A stretch of 64,000 bases of DNA from an uncultured Gemmatimonadales bacterium (GCA_963821525.1 CAWGED010000010.1:32001-96000); one strand, 5' to 3'; counted from the stretch's first letter, positions 38,700 to 48,693 are shown. The notes: generated from the letters alone by a model not told the origin. Translations and numbers: made by a program.

Positions 38700-38826
38700 C
38701 CAGCCTGGCTAGCCGGCCGGCGTCTGTGCGCCGGCTGGCACCACCAGCCATGCCCCGGTAGGTTCTGCGAGCCGCGCCGGCGGACTCCTCAACCGATACG
38801 GTGATTCATGAGAACTCATCTCCGCC

Positions 38827-39240
38827 ATGACTTCAGCCGAGCTCACCGACTTCGCCACCCGTTACACGGCCGCCTGGTGCAGTCACGAGCCCGCGCGCGT
38901 CGCCGCCTTCTTCGCCGAGCAGGGCTCGCTCACCATCAATCATGGTGCCCCGTCGGTTGGGCGAGCAGCCATCACCGCGGCGGCACAGGGATTCATGAGC
39001 GCGTTCCCCGACATGGTCGTCATCATGGATAGCCTCGAGACGACCGGTGCCATGATCCGCTACCACTGGACTCTGACGGGTACCAACACCGGACCGGGCG
39101 GCACCGGCCGGCCGGTACATATCAGCGGCTACGAGGAATGGACCTTCGGGCCCGATGGGCTGATTGGCCGCTCGCTGGGCCACTTCGACGAGGCGGAGTA
39201 CCAGCGTCAGATTCAGGGGACGGCAGAGCCGACGTCCTAG
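38827..39240 (+). CDS. SnoaL-like ester cyclase family protein
   Basis: YTAAWCS, AFPD, WTLTGTNTGPGG, SGYEEW. Confidence 0.88.
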   Translation: MTSAELTDFATRYTAAWCSHEPARVAAFFAEQGSLTINHGAPSVGRAAITAAAQGFMSAFPDMVVIMDSLETTGAMIRYHWTLTGTNTGPGGTGRPVHISGYEEWTFGPDGLIGRSLGHFDEAEYQRQIQGTAEPTS

Positions 39241-39253
39241 GCGATCCTCACCT

Positions 39254-39826
39254 ATGAGCCGAGCCGGCCGCATCATCGGCGTTCTCATCATCCTCCAAAT
39301 GGTGGGCAGCGGCCTCGTGAACTTCGCCCTCCGGGACCCCGCCCCGCACTCCCGTCAAATGGGGCTGGCTGTACTCCTGGGCCTGGTGACTACAGCAATG
39401 CTGGTCGGCGTCGCGGTGACAGCGTTCCCGATTCTTTGGCCACGTTCCCAAACGATGGCTCTCTGGATTCTTTCGCTGGCCGTGGTGAGCCTGGCGGTCA
39501 CCGTCATGGAGAACTTCGCCCTGCTCTCCTCGACGTCCCCGAGCGATGCTAAGGACTGGGCCCACTACCTGGCCAAGATGCTCGACGGCGTTACGAACCT
39601 GGTCTTCTATGCTGCGCTGTACCGGTTCGTGCTGGTCCCGCGGGTCCTCGCGGGCTTCGGTCTGATCGCCGCGCCTCTGATGATCGCGTCACTGGCGATG
39701 CCCCTCTTCGGCCATGATGTGATGTTTCCACTGCTGGCACCGATGGGACTGAGCCAGCTGATTCTGGCGCTGTGGCTGGTGACGAAGGGGTTTCCGCAGG
39801 CGGAGACCGACGTACCGGGGACGTGA
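39254..39826 (+). CDS. DUF4386-like membrane protein
   Basis: Multiple TM segments, LVPRVLAGFG, WLVTKGF. Confidence 0.7.
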   Translation: MSRAGRIIGVLIILQMVGSGLVNFALRDPAPHSRQMGLAVLLGLVTTAMLVGVAVTAFPILWPRSQTMALWILSLAVVSLAVTVMENFALLSSTSPSDAKDWAHYLAKMLDGVTNLVFYAALYRFVLVPRVLAGFGLIAAPLMIASLAMPLFGHDVMFPLLAPMGLSQLILALWLVTKGFPQAETDVPGT

Positions 39827-39867
39827 GGTCATCATGGGGATCTTATATCGCGAGGCTCGTGAAGCCG

Positions 39868-40312
39868 ATGTTGGAGCAGCTCGCCCTTATCCGCGCCAGA
39901 GACTGGGGATCCGAGCAGTACTGGCGTGAGCGCATTCAGGGGTACATGAAAGGCACCCTCAACCCGCAGCAGTCTCTGGCCCCGCGCGTCGTCCTCGTCG
40001 CCTCACAGGATAGCCGAATCGTCGGATTTATCGCGGGCCATCTGACCTGGCGCTACGACTGTGACGGGCGAGGTCGAGTGGATCAACGTGATTCCGGAAG
40101 AACGTCGCACCGGAGTAGCCGGCGAGCTACTCCGCCTGCTGGCCTCATGGTTCGTTGGGCAGCAGGCCAAACGGATCTGCGTGGATGTGGATCCGGAGAA
40201 TGCGCCGGCCCGGGCCTTCTACCGAAGGCACGGAGCTCAGGATCTCAATCCGCATTGGCTGGTGTGGCCCGACATCACACTACTGGTGGCCGGGCCGGAA
40301 CCAGCTCAGTAG
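39868..40312 (+). pseudogene. GNAT acetyltransferase, frameshift near 40065
   Basis: VGFIAGHL then EVEWINV..RRTGVA, N..ARAFY in the next frame. Start uncertain. Confidence 0.8.
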
Positions 40313-41478
40313 AGCTGGCTCCAGCTCCTTGAGCCCATTGCCTGAGCCGTGGCGGAGGCGTGCAGCGCGCGGGTGATGGCGCAGCGCGAGAAGGTCACCG
40401 TAGAGTTACCCGAAATGAGACTGCTATTGAGAACCGCGTCCTGGGCCATGAGTCCACCCACGATGTGGCCGCCGGTACCGGTACTGCTCACGCCCCCCTG
40501 GACGATGACTGGCCCGAAGAACTCGAATCCGCCGGCAATATCCAGGTCACCATTCACCAGGAGGATGCCCTGGCCATAGCCGCCGGTGATATGGAGGTTT
40601 CCCGGCGCGTAGATGATCGGGAAGTAGCCGAAGCAGGGACTGGTCGGAGTGACAGGGTCGCCCCAATTGAGGTTATCGGTGGTACGGCAGCTGAGGGGCG
40701 ACGCGTTTAGCGTCGGCCCTATGCCGTTGACCGTGCCCGATACCGTTTTGGTTGCCATGCTCGCCAACTGGGCGAAATTGAGATCGCCGAACTGGTTGAA
40801 GCTCCCGCTGGTGATCGTCGGGTCAGTCAGAACCGCCGGGCTACCCGTGATGCAAGACGCACCGCTGCAGGCCCCGAAGGTGGTCACGTTGCCGCTGGAG
40901 TCCCGGACGCCCGCCGCGGTGGCGCCAGGGGGCGGGCAGAGGCCGCCGGTCCAGTTGGGCGGCACCGAATCGTTGCCGCTTATCTCAGTCGATCCGCCGA
41001 TGTTGATGCCGACGCGGGTGGTGACCGCCGCGTTCATGTCAATCAGGGGGATGCTCAGTTTCAGCAGCTTGCCCAATTGCTGCCTGCTGATTACGGCCCC
41101 GGTCCGACTCAGGTGCCGGCCCTCGGAGCGCACCATGTAGGCGGCCTGGTTGATCCGGAGGACGTATGGGGTATAGGTGTTGGTGCCCCCAACCGTCACC
41201 GTGGGAAGGGTGATCTCGGAGCCGTTGGCCATGGTGTTGTACGTGCCCCCGTTCCACGCCGTCACCGTGGCGGCGAGCCCGGCTTCCGCCGCCTCGGACG
41301 CCTGGGCTCGGGCCATGAAATTGTCGCCAGTCCGCTGCTCCAACCGCCCCATGTAGAAGACACCGGCCAGAAGCGCGGCAATAATGACCAGCGCAAAGAG
41401 AGCCAGGGGCAGCGCCATGCCGCGCTGGTCCAATCGAGGCAATCGGGACATCGGGACACTCCGGAAAGGAGAGGTCAT
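40306..41478 (-). CDS. PilX-like minor pilin
   Basis: RG|MALPLAL N-terminus without Glu5, EAAEAGL, GQGILLVNGDL. Confidence 0.8.
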   Translation of the reverse strand: MTSPFRSVPMSRLPRLDQRGMALPLALFALVIIAALLAGVFYMGRLEQRTGDNFMARAQASEAAEAGLAATVTAWNGGTYNTMANGSEITLPTVTVGGTNTYTPYVLRINQAAYMVRSEGRHLSRTGAVISRQQLGKLLKLSIPLIDMNAAVTTRVGINIGGSTEISGNDSVPPNWTGGLCPPPGATAAGVRDSSGNVTTFGACSGASCITGSPAVLTDPTITSGSFNQFGDLNFAQLASMATKTVSGTVNGIGPTLNASPLSCRTTDNLNWGDPVTPTSPCFGYFPIIYAPGNLHITGGYGQGILLVNGDLDIAGGFEFFGPVIVQGGVSSTGTGGHIVGGLMAQDAVLNSSLISGNSTVTFSRCAITRALHASATAQAMGSRSWSQLY

Positions 41479-42308
41479 GGCAGGGGAGAGTTACGGAGCG
41501 TGACCCACCGCACCAGGGTGTCCTGCACCGGCTGGACGGTGGCCGACGTCCCGCCGGCCCGCACTGCGCGATCGCTCTGGCCGCGCAGCGTGATGCTGAT
41601 GCTGCGGACCCGCGCCAGGGTACCGGTGACGTTCCCCAAGGAGTCGTAATAGGCGATCGAAAGACCGCCGGTCTGCAGCGGCCCGGCAACCGCCTGGAGC
41701 GCCTGGCCCGCGCTCACCGAGCGGGCGCCCAGATAGTCAACCCCACTCTGGGTCACCGGAGCAATCTCCATGGTTTCGAAGGTCCGTACCGGCGCCTCGA
41801 CCAGGACGTCCGCGTTGGACGCGCTGTCCAGCGACGTGCCCAGGGTGATGGCCCCCACCCCCCCGCCGCAGCTCCCGCCCGTCACCGAGGTGATCGGGAA
41901 TTCCCGCCACCGGTCGTCGCTCGAGATGTCCGGATCCTTCTCGACGAAGAGCAGCAGGTTGTCCTGGCCTGCCACCGGGAGCCGGGTGCCGTACAGCCGA
42001 TCGGTCCGGATCTTCACTTGCGAGCTGGTGACCGAGCAGGCAAAGCCCAGCGTGCGCATGGCCCGGTACGTCACCGACGAGGCGTTGGCAGTCACCAGAT
42101 CCACCGAGTCGACGTCGCTTCCCATCTCCTGCAGCTCGCTGGCCAGCACCTGAGTGCCGACCCGCACGTTGGACTGGAGCATCGCCTGCTCCACCTGGGT
42201 GACGGACAGGCGCTGCTGATTGCTGAGGAGTCGGATGAGCGCCGCTCCCACGATGCCCACGACCACCATCGCCACGAGCATTTCCACCAGTGTGAATCCG
42301 CGCCGCAT
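41475..42308 (-). CDS. PilW-like prepilin
   Basis: G|FTLVE methylation motif, C-terminal VTLRN. Confidence 0.88.
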   Translation of the reverse strand: MRRGFTLVEMLVAMVVVGIVGAALIRLLSNQQRLSVTQVEQAMLQSNVRVGTQVLASELQEMGSDVDSVDLVTANASSVTYRAMRTLGFACSVTSSQVKIRTDRLYGTRLPVAGQDNLLLFVEKDPDISSDDRWREFPITSVTGGSCGGGVGAITLGTSLDSASNADVLVEAPVRTFETMEIAPVTQSGVDYLGARSVSAGQALQAVAGPLQTGGLSIAYYDSLGNVTGTLARVRSISITLRGQSDRAVRAGGTSATVQPVQDTLVRWVTLRNSPLP

Positions 42309-42311
42309 AGG

Positions 42312-42681
42312 TCAGTCGCAGGCTAGAGTGGTGAACAGAGTGTCCGCCGTGGTGCCCCGAGAAGTCGGATAGCGCACCCACACCTGCACGGTCGCGCGTC
42401 AGGCCGGAGCCGGTAACCGTCCAGGTCTCGGTAACATTGCCGGGTCGTGTGGCAGTCCCGCTGGTCAGCGCGGTGCAACGGGGATTGGTCGCGTTGGCCT
42501 GGCGCCGCAGCAGCTCCAGACGCTCACTGGCCACGGCCGCCGCCTTGGTGGAACGCTTGCCTGCGCCCAGCATCCGGAAGACCGCGCCCGAGCCGGAGGC
42601 GAGCGCCAGAATCCCGACGCTCAGCAGGATTACCGCTACAAGGACCTCCACCAACGTGAAGCCGGAGGTGTTTCGCGTCAT
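42312..42681 (-). CDS. PilV-like prepilin (1-bp indel near 42390)
   Basis: G|FTLVEVLVA; corrected C-terminus TVQVWVRY...TTLACD*. Confidence 0.82.
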
Positions 42682-43145
42682 CTGATGACCCTCCCGAATC
42701 CCGTAACCAGCATCGAGTCCTGCTGCCCGCTGCGGGTGAAGTAGACCGTGGTCGGTACCGAGTTGCCCAGGCCGCGGGGATCCACCGCAACTGCATTGCC
42801 GGGAGTCACCGTCACGGTGACGGCATAGAGCTGCCCCAGGTCCTGCACATTCCCGATGGTGTCAGCGGTTCCGACGCCGGGGGACAGTCGCGGCGTGGCC
42901 GTGATGACCGCCTGGTTGCCTGTGAAGGTCAGCGCGGTGAACCGCCCCGTCATGAACGCCGTAGAACGGGCCTGGTAATACAGGGCCACCGCCTGGCCGC
43001 GGGCACTCCGGATATCGCTCTTGACCTTGGCCCGGTTCAGGCTGGGAAACCCGATGCCGACGATGATCCCAATGATCACGACGACCACGAGGATCTCGAT
43101 CAGGGTGAAACCCGCGCGCTCGGGACCCAAGGTGGGTCTGGTCAT
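42678..43145 (-). CDS. FimT/GspH-like prepilin
   Basis: G|FTLIEILVV, DPRG, GFGRV. Confidence 0.88.
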   Translation of the reverse strand: MTRPTLGPERAGFTLIEILVVVVIIGIIVGIGFPSLNRAKVKSDIRSARGQAVALYYQARSTAFMTGRFTALTFTGNQAVITATPRLSPGVGTADTIGNVQDLGQLYAVTVTVTPGNAVAVDPRGLGNSVPTTVYFTRSGQQDSMLVTGFGRVIR

Positions 43146-43214
43146 GGCTGTCTCTGGTTCGCGTAACAGTCGAGATGTCTACGGCAATGGACATAGCCAA
43201 TTGCCATACCCAGC

Positions 43215-43230
43215 AGCAATGCCTGTTCCA
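43215..43230 (-). promoter_or_regulatory. Sigma54 (-24/-12) promoter candidate for the pilin operon
   Basis: Minus strand TGGAACAGGCATTGCT (GG-N10-GC), about 70 bp upstream of the first pilin ATG. Confidence 0.6.
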
Positions 43231-43496
43231 ACTGGCTGACAATACTCAAGCCATTAATTGGCATGATGTTATGAGCGCTACTGGGGCCTGTCGGAGCCCC
43301 GGGATACGCCATCCCTAGGGCGACCTGCGAGACCTCAAACCAGCTGTCAAGAATCGCAGCGTCAAAGGAACGATTACAGCGGACGGAGCGCACGGCAGCC
43401 CAGCGGCCTTCCGAAACGCCTCGATGACCAAGATGTTCACCGGGAACCCCGTTCACGCGTTGCGCTGCATGACAGCTGACCGAAGCGACCACCGCA

Positions 43497-44072
43497 ATGG
43501 AGTATGAAGTGAAGACCCAGTACTACACCGCCGCCAGTCTCGACGGCTTTATCGCTACGATCGACGACTCGCTGGAATGGCTCTTCCCCCTGGGCGAGCT
43601 CGAAGCTACGAGCTACCCCACCTTCATCCGCGAGGTCGGCGCCCTCGCCATGGGCTCCTCCACCTATGAGTGGATGCTGCGACACGTCGTGGGTCCCGAG
43701 GCCAGGCGGCCGCAGGCGTGGCCCTACAAACAGCCGGCATGGGTGTTCACTTCGCGGACCCTGCCGGCAATCCCGGGGGCAGACATTCGTTTCGTCCGCG
43801 GAGACGTCCGCCCCGTCCACCAGGCGATGGTCGCGGCGGCCGGCGACAAAAACGTCTGGATCGTTGGAGGCGGGGAGCTGGCGGGCCAGTTCTATGATCA
43901 GGGTCTGCTCGACGAACTGTTCGTGCAGGTCGGTTCGGTCACGCTGGGGGCTGGCAAGCCGCTCCTGCCGCGGGCCATCACCAGCCCGCCACTGCGTCTG
44001 ATCTCGGTGAGAGCGGTCGGCACTGGTTTCGCCGAGTTGCATTACGAGGTCCCGAGTGATCGTCGGTCTTGA
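43497..44072 (+). CDS. Dihydrofolate reductase/RibD C-terminal family protein
   Basis: ASLDGFIA, MGSSTYEW, WIVGGG. Confidence 0.92.
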   Translation: MEYEVKTQYYTAASLDGFIATIDDSLEWLFPLGELEATSYPTFIREVGALAMGSSTYEWMLRHVVGPEARRPQAWPYKQPAWVFTSRTLPAIPGADIRFVRGDVRPVHQAMVAAAGDKNVWIVGGGELAGQFYDQGLLDELFVQVGSVTLGAGKPLLPRAITSPPLRLISVRAVGTGFAELHYEVPSDRRS

Positions 44073-44089
44073 TCGCATCCGGAGGAGTG

Positions 44090-44533
44090 ATGCCTGAGAT
44101 CAGGATTCTCGGTTCCGGGGACGAGACACTCCTCCGGAACGTCGCGCCGGGCGTGTTCGATCACGCTCTGAAGCCCGCCCTGGTAGCGGAGTTCCTTCGC
44201 GACGAGCGGCACCATCTGGCGGTGGCCATCGAGGATGAGACGGTGGTTGGCTTTGCCTCAGGCGTGCATTACGTGCACCCGGACAAGCCGGCGGAGTTGT
44301 GGATCAACGAGGTGGGAGTCGCGCCAAGCCATCATCGTCGAGGGATCGGGAAAGCCGTTATTCAAGCCCTCCTCGAGCATGCGAAGCGGCTGGGGTGTCG
44401 CGAGGCCTGGGTGCTCACCGATCGCGGGAACCAGGCAGCCATGCGGCTCTACGCTTCGACCGGAGGTAAAGAGGCGCCTCACGATCAGGTCATGTTCACC
44501 TACTTCTTGAATGGGAAGCGTCCGAGACCTTAG
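44090..44533 (+). CDS. GNAT acetyltransferase
   Basis: HPDKP..LWINEVGV, RRGIG, NQAAMRLY. Confidence 0.92.
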   Translation: MPEIRILGSGDETLLRNVAPGVFDHALKPALVAEFLRDERHHLAVAIEDETVVGFASGVHYVHPDKPAELWINEVGVAPSHHRRGIGKAVIQALLEHAKRLGCREAWVLTDRGNQAAMRLYASTGGKEAPHDQVMFTYFLNGKRPRP

Positions 44534-44611
44534 GACAGAGGGGGCGGTGGCGTGAAGACCTCTTCACGCCCGCATCATTCCCTTCCTTGTCAGGTGGCGT
44601 ATTCTCAGTTG

Positions 44612-46141
44612 ATGCTCCCCCACCCCCCGTTTGCGAGCCAGCTCTCCCTGGAGGAGGAGCTGGCAGAGTTCGAGCGCCTCAAGCCCCGGCTGGCTCGGGT
44701 CTGGCCGATCATTGCCTGGGAGCGGGACGACCCCTGTACCACGGTGGTCGTCCCTTCCCTCACACTACCTCAGGGGGAGCTGGCCAAGCTCAGCGGGGCA
44801 AGCTACTACGAAGAGCGATTGTTGTTCCTTCTGATCCGTCTCCGCAACCCGCGCGCGCGGGTTGTGTACGTGACCTCGCAGCCGGTCCATCCCCAGATCC
44901 TCGACTACCTCCTGCAACATCTGCTCGGCATCCCGGCCAGTCATGCTCGCCAACGACTCACCATGCTCTCGGCGGCGGACGGCTCACCGAGGCCGCTCAC
45001 CCTGAAGATCCTCGAACGTCCCCGCCTTATTGAGCGGATCCGCCAGGCGATTCCCGACCGCGATTCCGCCTACCTCAGCGCGTTCAACGTGACACCCCTG
45101 GAACGGCGCCTCTCGGTCCTGCTCGGCATCCCGATCAACGGTGTGGACCCCGCGCTCGCGCACCTGGGGACCAAGTCGGGGAGTCGGAAGCTTTTTCGAG
45201 AGAGCGGTGTATCGCACCCTGCCGGGTTCGAGGATCTGAAGAGTGAGAAGGACGTTGTCGGGGCACTCTCCACCCTCCGAGACGAGCGGCCTGGAATCCG
45301 GCGGGCGGTGATCAAGCTCGACGACAGCTTCTCAGGGGCAGGAAATGCGCTCTACGACTACCCCGAGGAGAGTACCTCGCAGGCGCTGGCGCGCGCCCTC
45401 GACGGCCTCAAGTTCACTGACGCCTCGGAGACCCGCGAATCATACTTCGCAGAATTCGCTGTCGGCGGCGGGATTGTCGAGGAGTACGTCGATGGAGTCG
45501 AAACCCGCTCGCCCAGCGTGCAGCTCCGCACGGCGCCCTCCGGACAGGTCCTGCTGCTCTCGACCCATGAACAGATACTCGGGGGGCCCACCGGCCAGGT
45601 GTATGAAGGCTGCCGCTTTCCGGCAGACTCGGCGTACCGCCTCGCGATTCAGGAGGCGGGGCAGCGGGTCGGAGGCGCGCTGGCCGACCACGGAGTCGTG
45701 AGCCGCTTCGGGGTGGACTTCATGGTGACCCGCCCAAGACCCGACGCAGCCTGGGAATATCGGGCAATTGAAATAAACCTGCGCCTGGGCGGTACCACTC
45801 ATCCCTTCCTGGCGCTCCGATTCTTATGCGGAGGCGGCCTCGACCCTGTGAGCGGTCTTTTCCATTCCGCCTCCGGACATGGTAAGTACTACCGCGCCAC
45901 CGATAATCTTTGGAGTCCCCGCTACCGGGGGCTCCTCCCCGAAGACGTGATCGAGATCTTCACAATAAACCGGCTGACATTCGACTACCGGACGGAAACC
46001 GGTGTCCTGTTTCATATGATCGGCGCGGTATCCGAATTCGGGAAGCTTGGCCTCACCGCGATCGGTAACAGCCCTGAAGAGGCCGACATGCTTTTTGAGG
46101 ACACTCTGGATGCGCTGGAGGAGGAAACAGCCTACGGCTGA
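44612..46141 (+). CDS. PGM1-related ATP-grasp peptide ligase (preATP-grasp, ATP-grasp, PGM1_C)
   Basis: VVVPSL, YEERLLF, GTKSGSR, FSGAGN, SPSVQ, EINLRLGGTTHP. Confidence 0.85.
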   Translation: MLPHPPFASQLSLEEELAEFERLKPRLARVWPIIAWERDDPCTTVVVPSLTLPQGELAKLSGASYYEERLLFLLIRLRNPRARVVYVTSQPVHPQILDYLLQHLLGIPASHARQRLTMLSAADGSPRPLTLKILERPRLIERIRQAIPDRDSAYLSAFNVTPLERRLSVLLGIPINGVDPALAHLGTKSGSRKLFRESGVSHPAGFEDLKSEKDVVGALSTLRDERPGIRRAVIKLDDSFSGAGNALYDYPEESTSQALARALDGLKFTDASETRESYFAEFAVGGGIVEEYVDGVETRSPSVQLRTAPSGQVLLLSTHEQILGGPTGQVYEGCRFPADSAYRLAIQEAGQRVGGALADHGVVSRFGVDFMVTRPRPDAAWEYRAIEINLRLGGTTHPFLALRFLCGGGLDPVSGLFHSASGHGKYYRATDNLWSPRYRGLLPEDVIEIFTINRLTFDYRTETGVLFHMIGAVSEFGKLGLTAIGNSPEEADMLFEDTLDALEEETAYG

Positions 46142-46378
46142 CCCGGACGCCCGCTGGCCTCATCGCTCCGCCCTCACACGTCGGTCGCGAGGTACGGCCG
46201 GGAACCACCGGGACATCTGGGCCGCGAGACATTAGAATGATCGCGATTGACGAAGACCGATCGGCCTTGCGCTTTCGGCAGGCCGAGTTCATCAAGCAAT
46301 TGAGCCGGGGCGCGGAACACGCGATTTCGAAGGCGGGAAAGCCAAGGCGGGCAAGAAGCGGCGTTGACGTCAGACTCG

Positions 46379-46519
46379 ATTCAGCCGCCGATGAACGCAG
46401 ATAATCGCAGAAATCTCCTTCTAAACAGGGATGCTCGATATCCAAGACTGGGAGTGAGCTTCCAGTACACCCGAAATAACCAGGGTAGGTTTCTGCGTTC
46501 ATCGCGTTCATCCGCGGCT
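46379..46519. repeat. Inverted-tandem-repeat element (CGCAGA type)
   Basis: ATTCAGCCGCCGATGAACGCAGATAATCGCAGAAA ... TTTCTGCGTTCATCGCGTTCATCCGCGGCT. Confidence 0.85.
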
Positions 46520-46698
46520 TTTCCGGATGGGGCAACCAAGCTGGGAGGGGTGTTGTGGCTGGCCGTCGCCTTTGCACTCTACCTGACGGCTCAGATATCG
46601 ACGATGGCGTACTTCGTCTTGAAGGCGCGCGCAACACGATGGATCCGGGGTGTGCCGTCCTGGTACCGCGCATTCCATAACAGGCACTTCGGAGCACC

Positions 46699-47058
46699 CT
46701 GGCTATCACCCAGATCCCCAACATCGGCCCCCAAGGCCAACGGCGTCGGATGACCTCCGGGGCAGTCGCCCTCGGGATTGTCGTTGCGGCAGCCGTCGTC
46801 CTATTCGTGGTGGGAGCGCCGAAGGCCTGGCGCCTCGGCCTGTTCCTGCCGATCTGGCTCGGTATGCTGGGGGTGTTCCAGGCGCGCGAGAAGACCTGAG
46901 TGAACCTGGCGGCGCGCGGTCTGCGCGACCTGGATAGTGGATCAGAACCGATCGCCGATCCAGCCGAGCTGGCTCAGGTGCGACGCCAAGCCAGAGTGGT
47001 TCACATGAAGTCTTTCGTTGCGGCGGCGTTGCTGACGGCGCTTCTGTTCCTGGTGTAG
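46699..47058 (+). CDS. Putative selenocysteine-containing membrane protein (in-frame TGA 46897-46899)
   Basis: GGAG RBS and CTG start; one frame gives AITQIPNIGPQGQRRR-TM-TM-GVFQAREKT(TGA)VNLAARGLRDLDSGSEPIADPAELAQVRRQAR-TM-TAG, 119 codons. Confidence 0.7.
46911..46930 (+). promoter_or_regulatory. Bacterial SECIS-like hairpin
   Basis: GG-CGCGC-GGTCT-GCGCG-A-CC begins after an 11-nt spacer following the TGA. Confidence 0.65.
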
Positions 47059-47064
47059 CCTTCC

Positions 47065-47544
47065 ATGATCTCCCCGACTCTCGCTCGAGAAGTCCGTCGC
47101 CAGGTAGCTGGACGGGCGTTGAACCTTGGCGGGTGTCTTCTGGTCCTGGCGGCTGCCGTGCACTTCATCGCCATCCCGATTCTTCGACGGATCCTGGAAT
47201 CCCACCTGACCACCGAGGCCTATGAGTTCTTCGCCCCACCTTTTTTCCTGAATCACGGCGTCGTGGGCATCCTGTTGCTTCCGCTCGCCTTCAACAGCTT
47301 CTACTGCGCCCGGGGCATCCGGCAAGGGCAACGCTGGGCGTGGCGGATCGGGCTGGCCACTGCCCTCGCGGTCCTGGCGCTACCGGTGGCGCTTCTCGCA
47401 ATCATGGGGACTCGCTACCTGCACGCGATCCCCTTCCTCGTGGCCGCGCTCGCAATCACGGCCGCCGGCCTGGCAATGACGCTGCCACTTCTCCGGGTGC
47501 GACACGACCTGGAGGATTGGAACCCGAACTCGGGATCCTCGTAA
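47065..47544 (+). CDS. Four-TM hypothetical membrane protein
   Basis: Four hydrophobic segments; starts 6 bp after the preceding gene's stop. Confidence 0.75.
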   Translation: MISPTLAREVRRQVAGRALNLGGCLLVLAAAVHFIAIPILRRILESHLTTEAYEFFAPPFFLNHGVVGILLLPLAFNSFYCARGIRQGQRWAWRIGLATALAVLALPVALLAIMGTRYLHAIPFLVAALAITAAGLAMTLPLLRVRHDLEDWNPNSGSS

Positions 47545-48074
47545 TGCGCCGGGTACGATATCGGGTGGCGACGAGCCTCGACGGCTACATCGCCGGGCCC
47601 AAGGGCGAGATCGACTGGATCCTGCAGGACCCGACGATGGACTGGGCCTCCCTCTTCGCCGGGTTCGACACGGCGCTGCTCGGTCGCCGCACTTACGAGT
47701 TGACGAAGCAGCCGGGCGCCCCAGGCTGGCCAGCGGGGTGGCGAATCTACCTGTTCTCGACGACCCTGGCACCGGAACAAGACCCGGACGTGACACTTGT
47801 CAGGAAAGACGCGGGCGCAGCGGTTGCCGCCCTGCGCGCCGGCGCCGGTCGGGACATCTGGCTCTTTGGAGGCGGCAGCCTGTTTCGAAGCCTCCTCGAA
47901 GCGAGGCAGGTGGACATCGTGGAGCTGGCGGTCATGCCCGTCCTGCTGGGAGGCGGGGTTCCGTTTCTCGAAACGGGTGCCCCTATCACACGGCTCAGGC
48001 TCGCGCACTCCGAAACTTCTCCACGCGGAATCGTCGTCCTGCGATACGAGGTACCGGATGCGGCTCTCGTCTGA
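47544..48074 (+). CDS. Dihydrofolate reductase/RibD C-terminal family protein
   Basis: ATSLDGYIA, LGRRTYE, WLFGGG, PVLLGGG. Confidence 0.92.
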   Translation: MRRVRYRVATSLDGYIAGPKGEIDWILQDPTMDWASLFAGFDTALLGRRTYELTKQPGAPGWPAGWRIYLFSTTLAPEQDPDVTLVRKDAGAAVAALRAGAGRDIWLFGGGSLFRSLLEARQVDIVELAVMPVLLGGGVPFLETGAPITRLRLAHSETSPRGIVVLRYEVPDAALV

Positions 48075-48098
48075 CACCTCACGAACGACGCGCGAGAC

Positions 48099-48693
48099 AT
48101 GGCTGGGACTGACCCAACAGACCCTTCGAATGGGTACGAGGCCGTTGCGAACGGGTTCATCTCGGGCCGTGTTCGCTCATCCGTCGGCGCTTCGACCGTT
48201 CGTGCATGGGCGAAGACGCTCCCCAAGGGCGCGCACCGTTCTGGATCTCGGCTGCGGGTCCGGCGTGCCGATCTCCCAGGCCATCGTGGATGAAGGCTTG
48301 ACCGTCTCACGGCGTCGATGCCTCACCCAGCATGATCGCGGCGTTCCGGGCGCGGTTCCCCGAGGCAGCTGCCGAGTGCCGGCCGGTCGAGGAGTCCGAG
48401 TTCTTCGGTCGTGCCTTCGATGCGGTGGTTGCGTGGGGACTGATGTTTCTCCTCCCGCCGTCGTGCAGGCAAAGCTCATCGCCAAGGTGTCGAGAGTCCT
48501 CAAGCCTGGGGGAAAGTTTCTTTTCACCTCGCCCCACCAGTTGTGCGAATGGCCGGACAATCTCACCGGCCGGAAATCCCAGTCGCTCGGTTCGGCCGAG
48601 TATCGTCGGCTTCTGGCGGCGAATGGGCTGATCGTACAGAATGAGACCGAGGATGAGGGCAACAACCACTACTATTTCGCGGCCAAACCGTGA
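48099..48693 (+). pseudogene. Class I SAM methyltransferase, about three frameshifts
   Basis: SNGYEAVA, VLDLGCGSG, AWGLMFLL and DEGNNHYY fall in different frames. Confidence 0.8.

Noticed and set aside
41737..42311. 314-aa PilV with a long C-terminal tail
   Set aside because: Frameshift artefact overlapping pilW; the true stop is probably at 42312.
46364..46753. 129-aa ORF spanning the repeat element
   Set aside because: Its N-terminal half is translated repeat (MNADNRR); at most a short hydrophobic gene remnant follows.
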